Below are positions 8,854 to 19,000 of a stretch of 64,000 nt of DNA, one piece after another. The stretch comes from an uncultured Collinsella sp. (GTDB taxonomy: Bacteria > Actinomycetota > Coriobacteriia > Coriobacteriales > Coriobacteriaceae). The DNA is taken from the NCBI GenBank assembly GCA_900549345.1, contig UROC01000001.1, positions 20,432 to 84,431 on the forward strand. Direction: 5' to 3'. Each line of letters starts with the position of its first letter. Position 1 is the stretch's first letter. Both the position numbers and the translations under genes were made by a program. The notes beneath the pieces are model-generated. The model did not search any database, had not been told where the DNA came from, and saw only the letters and a list, made by a program, of their open reading frames with translations.

Positions 8854-11736
8854 CTAAATAAACACGTCGACGAGGATGGGCATAAGGTTGAGCAGGCCAA
8901 ACACCAGTGCCACGCCCCAGCCGAGCTTAAAGCAGCTACGCCAGGTGCTGCGGGCAAAGGTGTTGTCGATCAGCACCTCGACAAAGTACGTCGCGGCCAT
9001 CACGACCAGGGCGACCACCCAGCTCACCGGGTTGTCCCAGACAAAGAACATGCCCACCCACATCAAAAACAGCACGGTCTCGCACCAGTGCATAAGGGTC
9101 ATCTTGGCCAGCGTGCCGCCGCTCATCTCGGTGGCGACGCCTTGGACAATCTCCTGATGCGCGTGATGCGAGTACGAAAGGTCAAACGGCGACTTGCGCA
9201 GCTTGATGGTAAGCACCGCGAGCAGCGCGAGGAAAATGGGCGCGCTGTACACGATGATGGGGGCCGACTGCCCCGTCACGGCGATGGAATCAAAGCTGTC
9301 GGTGGCAAGGTACAGGCCCACGCTCATCAGCAGAACGGCGGGCTCGTAGCTCATAACCTGCAGCAACTCGCGGTCGGCGCCAACCTGGGCAAACGGGCTT
9401 TGCGTCGAGGCGGACGCCAACACCACAAAGATCGCGGCGAGCGTAACCATAAAGGCGCACAACAGCGTGTTGGAACCCGACACAAAGATACCGCCGCCCA
9501 CCACGGTAAAGATGAGCGCGCACGCCATGTAGGTATCGTCCATGGTGTTTACGCTGGCGGGGGCCTTGCGCAGCAGCTTGGCAACGTCGTAGAAGGGCTG
9601 CAGCAGGCGCGGGCCCACGCGGCCCTGCATGCGGGCGGACAGCTTGCGGTCAACGCCGTCGATCAGGCCGCCCACAAGCGGCGCAATCAAGGCAAACGCC
9701 ACGGTGCCAATAAAAATGCCCACGACGCCCGAGCCTTCAAAATACTTGCCGCGCAGCACCGAGGGCGCACTCATGGCAAGCCGCTCGGGTCCAATCCACG
9801 CGCAGCACAGCAGCGCAAACAAGATAATGCTGCAGCACACGACGCTGCCCGCGGGGCCAATACGCTTCTCGCCAAGGGCGTCCTCCGAGTACCAATTGCG
9901 TTTTTCGGCCTTCACCTCGTGTCCCATCGAGCCGCGGAAATGGCGGTAATTGTCGGTCCCCACACCCGAAAGGTACACGTTGACGTGCGGTTTGTTGCTC
10001 ACGCGGAACGACGTCAGCAGCACCACGGCGATAAACGCCACGATAACCACCATCAGATACATGGCGTCCTTGCCAATAACGTACGGCACGCGGCCAAACA
10101 CCATGGCCAAGTAAGGCGACACCAGGCCGCTCGAGATAACCGGGAACGCCACGCAGCACAGAATCAGCAGCGCGGCGATGGTGTTGAGCGCCATCCATTC
10201 GGTCTTATGGACATTGACCTCAACGTTTTGAGCCGTGGGGTCGACGCCCGAAAGCTTGGCAAGCCACTTGCCCCAGAAGTAGAACGTCGCGGCCGAGCCA
10301 AAGGCAAGCACCATGATCATGAGCACGTTGCCAGTCTGCGCAAACGCCACCAGGGCGCCCCACTTGGACACGAGCATGCCAAACGGCGCCACAAACATGC
10401 CCATGATGCCCAGCATCATCAGGCGCGTCAGGTGCGGCATGCGGCTGAACATACCGTCCATGTCCTCGATATTGCGGCTGCCGATATGATGCTCGGCGGT
10501 GCCCACGCACAGGAACAGCAGCGACTTTGCCACCGTATGGAACAGGATTAGGAAGATGGCCGCCCATACGGCCTCGGGCGCGCCGACACCCAAGCAGGCA
10601 CTGATGAGTCCCAAGTTGGAAATGGTGGAGTACGCGAGCACGCGTTTGGCGTTGCTCTGCGAGATGGCCATGAGGGCAGCGAGCAAAAACGTGATGGCAC
10701 CCACACTCGTGACCATAAAACCAGTCACGGGATAGATGGCATAGAGCGGGCTGAGCTTGACCATCAAAAACACGCCGGCTTTGACCATGGTGGACGAGTG
10801 CAGCAGGGCGCTCGTAGGCGTGGGGGCAACCATGGCACCCAACAGCCAAGTGTGGAACGGCATCTGCGCGGCCTTGGTGAGCGCGGCAAGCGACAGCAAC
10901 AGGACCGGCATGACCAGCAGCGCGGATTGCGCGGTTCCGGCGCCGGAAAGCTCGATCATGCCTGAGATGGTCAGCGGCATGCCGTTAACGTGCAGGTATA
11001 TGAGTCCGGCCAAAAACGCGATGCCGCCCAGCATGTTGAGGATGATCTGGGTGAAAGCGTTTTTTATGGCCTCGGGCGTGCGCGTGTAGCCAATCATGAG
11101 GAACGAGCACACGGTGGTGATTTCCCAGCCACAGAACAGCCACTCAAGGTTGTCGCTTGTCACGATGACGAACATGGCCGAGAGGAACAGGAACATAAGC
11201 GCCAGGAACTGCGGGCGTCGGTCGGGCGCCGCCTGCCCGCGCAGCGCGGCCTCGTGCTCGTCGTGGGCCTGGAAGTCCTTCATGTAGCCCAGGGCGTACA
11301 CGCAGATCAGGCTGCCGACAATGCCGACGGCAAGCACCATGATCACACTCATGTAATCCAGGTAGAGCGGCGTTGCCGTGACGGCTTCGGTCGCGGGCAG
11401 CGTCATAGCTGCAAAGGCGAGCGAGCCCACCAGCTGCACCACGCCGAGCACACCGGTAAGCGCGTTCCTATATTTGAACGCGTTGTACAGGATGACGGCG
11501 CACAGGATCACGTCGATGACGGAGCTGATGATCGAGAGCACATGCGAGGTGCCGGGGGCGACCTCAAAGCTCTGAGGACCCGTGCCAAAAAACATGACGG
11601 CGACTACAACTGTCACCGCCATAATAATGCCGGAGCCTACAAGCCCTACCGCATCGCGGGCGCGGTCACCGCGCGCGAGCAGCATGCCCAGCGCCGGTAC
11701 CAGCGGAAACAGGGTAAGGAAATACAGTAGCGTCAT
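8854..11736 (-). CDS. echAB: Fused antiporter-like membrane subunit (EchA/NuoL) plus NuoH-like subunit (EchB)
   Basis: KAAQMPFHTWLLGAMVAPTPTSALLHSSTMVKAG (NuoL/MrpA) followed in frame by GVDRKLSARMQGRVGP...PFYDVAKL and KLRKSPFD (NuoH). Confidence 0.88.
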   Translation of the reverse strand: MTLLYFLTLFPLVPALGMLLARGDRARDAVGLVGSGIIMAVTVVVAVMFFGTGPQSFEVAPGTSHVLSIISSVIDVILCAVILYNAFKYRNALTGVLGVVQLVGSLAFAAMTLPATEAVTATPLYLDYMSVIMVLAVGIVGSLICVYALGYMKDFQAHDEHEAALRGQAAPDRRPQFLALMFLFLSAMFVIVTSDNLEWLFCGWEITTVCSFLMIGYTRTPEAIKNAFTQIILNMLGGIAFLAGLIYLHVNGMPLTISGMIELSGAGTAQSALLVMPVLLLSLAALTKAAQMPFHTWLLGAMVAPTPTSALLHSSTMVKAGVFLMVKLSPLYAIYPVTGFMVTSVGAITFLLAALMAISQSNAKRVLAYSTISNLGLISACLGVGAPEAVWAAIFLILFHTVAKSLLFLCVGTAEHHIGSRNIEDMDGMFSRMPHLTRLMMLGIMGMFVAPFGMLVSKWGALVAFAQTGNVLMIMVLAFGSAATFYFWGKWLAKLSGVDPTAQNVEVNVHKTEWMALNTIAALLILCCVAFPVISSGLVSPYLAMVFGRVPYVIGKDAMYLMVVIVAFIAVVLLTSFRVSNKPHVNVYLSGVGTDNYRHFRGSMGHEVKAEKRNWYSEDALGEKRIGPAGSVVCCSIILFALLCCAWIGPERLAMSAPSVLRGKYFEGSGVVGIFIGTVAFALIAPLVGGLIDGVDRKLSARMQGRVGPRLLQPFYDVAKLLRKAPASVNTMDDTYMACALIFTVVGGGIFVSGSNTLLCAFMVTLAAIFVVLASASTQSPFAQVGADRELLQVMSYEPAVLLMSVGLYLATDSFDSIAVTGQSAPIIVYSAPIFLALLAVLTIKLRKSPFDLSYSHHAHQEIVQGVATEMSGGTLAKMTLMHWCETVLFLMWVGMFFVWDNPVSWVVALVVMAATYFVEVLIDNTFARSTWRSCFKLGWGVALVFGLLNLMPILVDVFI

Positions 11737-12017
11737 ACCATCACTCCCCCATGCAAAAACGCTGCAATTGTTTAACGTTATAGCTCAGTTGAGGAGTAGC
11801 GACGGCGGGTTTTCGGTCAACAGGGGAGTTTTAGGCGTACGGGGTAAGGCGTCTGTCCGCATTGGAGTAGAGGGCGACGTTTCCTTACTGCGGCGACGGG
11901 CGCGCGGGCCACTGCGCGCGGCTTATTGGCCACGTTGGAGGATGTCCCGATAGGCTCGCGACGGTCCGAAAAGTTGGCGCGGCAAGAAAAATGCGCCCCC
12001 GCGGGCGCACCCTCTTG

Positions 12018-12398
12018 CTACTCTGCCTGCTTAACGCGCGGCTTGTCGACCAGCGCCGCCTCGCCGCCATCGCGATACTGACGACACCAAGCCTTGACCG
12101 AAGACTCGCTGGGAATCTTGTGCTTGATCATGGCCTCGCGAACCGTCAGGCCGTTTTCCAGGCGATCCTTTACCACGGCGAGCTTGACGTCGTACGAATA
12201 CGTGCGGTGATGCGAACCCGCGTTAAGCACGGCGTCGGCACCGCCCACGGCGTATGCGCGGGCCCACTGACGAGCCGTGGCCTGGGGAATGCCAAGCTCC
12301 GCGGCGAGGGAGCGATGACCGACCCCCTCTTGGAGGATCTCGACGGCGCGCTGCCTGACCTCGGGCGCATGCGTGCGAATCCTTGTTGCTTCTGACAT
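12018..12398 (-). CDS. Tandem helix-turn-helix protein resembling IS3/IS150 OrfA; no OrfB present
   Basis: Two HTH units (LGIPQATARQWARAY; YSYDVKLAVV...SSVKAWCRQYRDGGEAAL). Confidence 0.7.
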   Translation of the reverse strand: MSEATRIRTHAPEVRQRAVEILQEGVGHRSLAAELGIPQATARQWARAYAVGGADAVLNAGSHHRTYSYDVKLAVVKDRLENGLTVREAMIKHKIPSESSVKAWCRQYRDGGEAALVDKPRVKQAE

Positions 12399-12810
12399 AC
12401 CTGCCACTTCTTAGCCTCAACCGTTAATCTGCTTTCTTACGTGCGTGTTAGATAGTAGCATTTTGCTGTTCCCGCGTAACAGTTAATTGAAAACCGCAAC
12501 GGCGGCATCTGGGCATTTGCTATTTATTCGCGACATTTCTTTACGTTTAATTTACGCAGCTAGTTAGCCCGCAGCTCATTGATGGTGTTTTACCAACCAG
12601 ATTGATATCTTTTTGTTTCGCTTGGTATGGTTTTCATAATTATTAACCCCTCAGCCTCTGAGCTAGCATGTCGGTCTTTCGCTTACTTTCCAGCTTTCTA
12701 CTTAACTATCCAGCTTTCTACCCAGCTTTCCACCTTAGGTGTTAAGTTAAGTGGAAAGTTGGGAAGATGATGGGAAGTCGGAAAAGCTAAATCAACTTTC
12801 TCCAGCAGCG

Positions 12811-13018
12811 GCTGGACAGTTAGTTCAGATTCGTATTTTTTGACAGTTCCGAAACTATTTTCCGACCCCCTGAGAAACCTTGTTGGTGGCCCATTGAATG
12901 CAAATCGAGCTCTTATCGGCCAGCTAACCGTAGTTCTGGGCTGCTTTTTGCCCCAAAACGAGTGCCTGATGGCTCTGCTGTGGTCTGGGGTTATACGAAT
13001 CTGAACTAACTGTCCAGC
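12811..13018. repeat. About 205-bp inverted-repeat element (family A), solo copy
   Basis: gctggacagttagttcagattcgtat (12811-12836) is the perfect reverse complement of 12993-13018. Confidence 0.92.
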
Positions 13019-13050
13019 GGGGCCTCCAAATAGGTCCGCGCTGGCAAGAA

Positions 13051-13082
13051 AAGGGGCGGCAACCGGGTGGTTGCCGCCCCTT
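13051..13082 (-). terminator. Rho-independent terminator of the giant-protein operon
   Basis: 14-bp stem aaggggcggcaacc / ggttgccgcccctt, T-rich at and beyond the stem base on the minus strand, 6 nt past the stop. Confidence 0.8.
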
Positions 13083-13088
13083 GCGTGG

Positions 13089-16000
13089 CTAGTTGGTCTC
13101 GTGGGGAATGCCCTGGGTGTTGATGCGCGCCAGCGTGTACGTCACGTAGTCAGAGTTCGTATAACCATCGAGGTTGCTGACGTTGACCGGCGTGTCGTTT
13201 ACACCGCCACCGGACATATTGGCTGTTAACACCAGGCGGTAGTTGGCATAGGTCTGACCAGCCGTCTCAACATCGGTGTTCACCTTAACGCGGAATGCAT
13301 GCTTAAAGGCAAGGCTGTTGCCGTCGCGCGTGGCAAACGTGCCATCAGTCTTCTTGGTGTCGGTAAATACGTAACTGCTGCCGCTCAACGAGCCCGCGCC
13401 CAGCTTGTCGCTACCGAGCACCGTAATGTACTTCGAGATATCATCGACGACCGGAACATAACGGCCTTCATCCCGGCGCTGCAAGCTCAACGTATAGGTC
13501 ACCGTTGTGGCATTGGAAATCATTGCCTCGGCGCCCGACAGCCTGGAAAGATCATACGTTCCCACCAGGGCGATTGTGCCATCGGCAGACTTGAGGTCAT
13601 CGATATTGATACCCAGCTGCGACTTCTTGGAAGCCTCGAGCGCAATAGTCGACGAGCCCACATCCGTGCGGTAGTAGCCAGCGTTACCGTCGGTGTATGC
13701 CGAGTTGCTGCTGGTACTGAGCGTGTCGGCGTGCGTGGAAAGATGCGCGCGGTAGTTGGGCTTGGTGTAGCGGTCGGTGCCGCTGTTCTGCGAGGCCACG
13801 ATGCCCGCCTGGCAGGCAGGCTCGCTCATGGTGAGCGCGGCCTTCATGGTAACCGTGAAGGCATTGTCGTGGTTCTTAGCGACCTCGCGCAGACCCGACA
13901 TGTCGATGGATTTGCCGTTAGCGTCGGCCAACACGAGCGACATGTCGCCGCCACTCTTGCTCTTCCAGGTAAGCCCCGACACCACCGGAGTCTCTGTCGC
14001 GCCGGCCGGAGTCCAGCCCGACCCATTCCAGGTATAGTAGTTCTCGCCCACCTTAACGTAAAACGCATAGCTGCCCTGCGTGCCCGTGGGGTATCCCACC
14101 GAGCCCGCGATGGCGCCGTCGTGATAGGTGACAAGCGACGAATCGAGCTGGTAGTACAGTTCGTCTGAGCTCGTATATTGCTGGTTCGGGTCGAACGTCA
14201 CGGTGTCGCTCACATCCATGGAAAGCGGATAGGTGGCGTCCTTGAGTTCCATCTGTTTGATGCCGAGCGTGCTGTTGTCGACGAGGTTGTGCGTGTAGTT
14301 GGATGCCACGCTGTAGGTCGAGGCCGTATTCTGATGCCCATCCTCGGCAGCCTTGCCGTCAGCTGCGGTCTTATTGCGCAGCAGGTAGTTGATGTGTTCG
14401 TTCAGGCTCGTGTCCACCGTAGTGGCGGTGTAGCCGTTGACGCCCGCGGAGCCCGCCGGCGTGCGCACCACCAAGTAGAAGTTCTCGCTCTTGGGCTCTT
14501 CCCTGGCAACGGAGAGCTTATAGAATGTGCCCGCCGTGTCGGAAGAAGTGCGTGCGCGGTAGTACGCGCCATCGACCTTGGCGCCAGCTGTCTTCGTGAG
14601 CTCGGCCTGGCTCATGCGCTCGACCTCGGCATCGGTGAGCTTGACCCAGGCGCCATCCTTATCCTCCTTGGCCTCCACGCCCACGGTTTCGCTCAGCCAC
14701 GGCTCGGTGTAATAGGCCTTGTTGCTAGCGTCCACAAAGTCGGTGAGCTTGACCGACACCGCTCCGCCCGCGCCCACTGCGTAGTGATATTCGCGGCTGT
14801 TGTTGGCCGTGTCCACGAGCGTAAGTTGCGTGCCCTCGGGCAGCGTGGCACCAAAGGTGATGCTCTTGTTGAGCGACCCCATGGAGCCGCCAGCTTCGAG
14901 CAGTGTGTTCCAGCCGTAATCGACCGCCTCGCCCCGGGCGCTGCCATAGGTCCAGGTAAGGTAGCCGGTCATGGTGTCGCCGCTGCTCACAAGCACGTGC
15001 TTGTCGTATTTAGTCGCATAGTCGGAAGCCTTAAAGTTCGCGCCTTCGGAGTAGGTAGCGGTGAAGTCAATCTCGAGCATGCGCTTGACGATGATGGGCA
15101 CCTGCACGCGGTAGCTCTGGCCGGCTTCGCTAAAGGTGGCGGTGAGCAGCGTAAAGCGCCCCTGCTCGTTGTCCCAGTCGGTACTCGCGCGGAAGGTCAT
15201 GGAACTCGTGCCGTTGTTGAGCACCTTGAGTGTGGGCGTTTGCGAGGCGCCTGCATCCCTGACGAATACGCCGTCCTTCAGCGAGAAAACCTCGGCGGTA
15301 GCGCTCACGTGTGTGGTGCTGCCGTTGAGGCGGCGGGCATCGGAAAAGCCTCCGTTGGTCACGATGTTCAGGTAGCTCTCCACCGTCGTCGTGTCGTTGC
15401 CCGGAATCACGAGTACGGGGAAGTCAGTTTTGGCCTTCTTGCCCGAAGTAATGTTGTTAGCGTTATAGGTGCTACGCGAGCTGTCCGCGCTATAGGTGCT
15501 CGTGTTTTGGTATGCGCCGGCATCGTTGATACCGCCGATATTGGTGTAGGTGTAGCGACCGTCGACGTTGTTCCCCGCCTGGCTCTGGATGGTTGCCGCG
15601 GTTTCGATGGCGGCGCCGTCGCCAAACAGATAGCGGTCGGTGGTGTCGGTGTCGGATGCACGCACCGCCAGAGAGCTCACGGGACTCGTGGTCACGTACG
15701 GACTTGATGCCGTGGTAGCGGTATCGTCCACGCCGTAGAGCGTTGTGTCCCTGTCGGGCGCGGCAAGGTTGCCGTTGTAGTCGCCGAAGGCAATATAAGT
15801 TTTCTTGTTAACAGCGGTCGTATTGGGCGTGTAAACCATCGGCGGCAAGTCGCTCGTGGTCTTGCCACTACCGGGCTTTACTTCCACGCCCGCTGCGGAA
15901 AGGCTGTACTGTTTTTCTCTTGTGTCGACCTCGCCCAAGAGCACACCCTGGGTTTTGCCCGCATTGTAGCTATTGCTGTCCATGAGCACGTTTACCAGAT

Positions 16001-19000
16001 GGAACTGGCCGCGCCCATCACCCGCAATGCCGCCGTTGGACCTTCCGCTAAACGTGGCGTTGGACACCTTTGTGTTGGTGACGTTGATGACGTCGGAACC
16101 ACTGTTAATCGCGCCAAGCAGACCGCCACTCCAGCTGCCCGCAATCGTAGCGCCCTCGATCGTAATGTTGTTGCAGGTAATACTCTCATTGCTGAAGTAG
16201 TAGCCGATAAGCCCGCCCGAGCATTGGCTGGTGCCCGCGACGTTGACATTCTTGACGCTACAGCCCTCAAACCAGTACTTGTTGGGGGTGGGGTAGCCGC
16301 CGCTCGTAACCTCGCCAATCAGGCCGCCCGCATTGCGGATATTCCGATTCGTACCGGTCTCATCGCCGATGGCAGCGTTCACGGTGCCACCTTTGCCATC
16401 AATGCACACATTGCTCATAGAAATAACGCCGCTATAAGCGCTTCCGACCACGCCGCCGGCACCCATAAGTTTTTCGCTGTTCGACCCGGTAGCGAGCACA
16501 TTTACCCCAGAGATGACTGCCGTGCTTGACGGGAGCGCCTTGGTGGTGCCGATGTCGGTGTTGACTGAGATATGGCTTTTTTGGGCAAAGCCGAGCACGC
16601 CTCCCACGTAGGGCGCTGTCCCCGTGGCGGTTATGGTCGAATTTTTGCCAACGGTCCTTTCGCTCACCCCAGCGCCCGCGGTTGTCCACACGCCGCACGC
16701 CGAGGCGGCCGTACCCACATAGCCACCGACGTACTTCTCGCCCGTGACGTTAAGGCCGGTGTACGAACAGTCGCAAAAATACGCGGGAGCCTTCGTGCCG
16801 GAGCCGAAATTGACCATATAGGTCATGTCGTTATCCGTCCTTCGGCTGGCACGACCCGAGCTACCAAGAAGTCCTCCTACGCTCTTAGCGCCCGACACGG
16901 TGCAATTCTTCATCTGCACGTTGCGGTAGATGCCGCACGCGTTGCCATCGTAGTTGGCCGTTGCTCCCGCCAAAAGGCCGATTCCGATAAAGTCGTTCGA
17001 TGCTGCCCCCGTTGTGGCGTTGCCGCTTGCGTCGATATAAGTAAGTTTAACGTTGCAGTTGCTAAAGGTGAGGTCTTTGACTTGTGCGCCGCCGTTCGCG
17101 GTGACGCTGGGGGCGACATTGGTTGAGGTGAACATCACAGCACTGAATAGGCCTCCCACACCCGAGACCTTATAGTCGTCATCGGCATATTCGACGGCGC
17201 CGTAGGCGGCGTCTTTGGTACCTACCGTGATGGGAGCGCCATTGCCGTTGATACATGCGATGCGAGGCACGATGCAATCGCGATTGATGCCCGTGCTAGA
17301 TGTGCATGCATTTGAGACGTAGCGTCCCGAGAGGCCCGTAAAGCCCCTTCCGTAGCTGGTCATATCGTACTTATCGTACTTTTCGTCAAGCGTCAGTTGC
17401 AGTTCGATGCCCGATGACGCACAAAGTGAGCCCGTCGCAGCATTGGCATAGCTATTAACCAGGTATGGCGAATTCGAACCATCAGCTGCGGAACCGGGAG
17501 CCGTTTGGTCATCGACGGTTGACCGCTTAAAATCTTCGCCGGCAACGCCAGGATTTCCCACATGCTCATACGTAGCGTTTCGAGCCTTGCCGTATCGCTC
17601 GTTGCCAAACTTATAGGAGGTTTTCGTATCGTGCGTGTTCCCCTCATAGGCCAACGAAACACCTCCCGATGCAGCGCCCGAATTGATGATGGCCGAAAGC
17701 ACCAGCAGGCCCTGCGTACTTGTCGGCGTAACCTGAGCGGCCGTACCGCCGCTTGCCGCCGTAGCGGTAACGCAAGGCACGCCTTTGTTCTCGAGCTTGT
17801 TGATCTTATAGTTGCTATCACCGTTATCAACGGAACAGCGCTCGCCCTCGCTAAAGGCATAGCCATCAATCACGCGACCAACATAAGGGTTGTCGTACAG
17901 CTGGAAGTTGTCACCGCCTTCTCCAGCACTTTTGAACTTTGTTTTAGTCCCTGCTCGCCAAGATGTCCCCGACATATTGCGGAAAATCACGCCGCCGCCC
18001 GCAATGGCACCAACGTAGCCGCCGATGGGAACAAGATGTGGCTTAGTTCCGCCACCAGTAACCGTAAAGCCAGTTGTGGGGTTATCGGCCGTCGTCCCAT
18101 TCACAACCACGCCATCGATAATGTTATCGCCGCCAAGGATGCAGCCGATAACGCCGCCGAAAAACGCCGCCGGGACACCGTCGGCATCCTTGGCATCCTT
18201 GGCGGGATAAGTAATAGTCGCTTGCGCCTTCACATAGCGAATATTCAGATTGCGCACTACGCTGCCATAGCTATAGGGAACCAAGCCGCGAAGCTCGCCC
18301 TTGTTGTTTTCAATCTCAATTGTTGCAGTCGAGGCACCCAGACCGCCAACGATAACACCGCGGAACGGATTGGCCTTGTTGCCAAACCCGCCAAACGATG
18401 CCGCATCGACGGTAATCTTACTATCTTTGTCAGGCTCGATACTGTAATACGCACTCTGTATATAGCGGTGCATGGTTTCGTCGCTCAGTGTCTGCGTGGG
18501 GTCGGTCGTATCGCCGATCTTCCTCTCCCATTTTTTACCGGTATCGTTCGCCTGCTTATAGACGTACGCAACCTCATTGTCGGTTTTATTGTCATCGTGG
18601 CGAGTGCAAAGTGTGCCCCGGTCGGCGGCAATGGTGACTTCCCAGCCATCCAACGCCACGCTATTGTTGATGTAGTTGGCGATAGCGTTCATCTCCGTCG
18701 CATCCTTAACGGTATACGGATCGCCATACGTACCGCATCCCGTTATCAGCTTTGGAATACGCTGGTTGACTTTAATTTCGTGGTATTGGACGTTGTTCTC
18801 GGTGGCCTTCCCCTTATAAACATAAGGAAGGTAGTCACCGAACACCGGGGCATCGACATTCGCCGTCTTATCCCCAGCCTTCACCAAGCCGTTAGGGGTG
18901 CCATACGTCGCTTCATCGTAATACCAAAGTTGCTTGCCGGAGTACTCCGTGCCTTTCCTATCAATTTCGGATCCATAGGTCACCTTGTCCGCAAGGGCAT

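Noticed and set aside
6095..11736. Respiratory complex I (nuo) operon
   Set aside because: The large subunit keeps both Ni-binding CxxC motifs and only the Ech-type subunits are present
12018..12407. Intact IS3-family insertion sequence
   Set aside because: No OrfB/DDE integrase, frameshift window or terminal IRs
13089..13300. Sortase (LPXTG) anchor on the giant protein
   Set aside because: C-terminus lacks LPXTG, a hydrophobic helix and a basic tail
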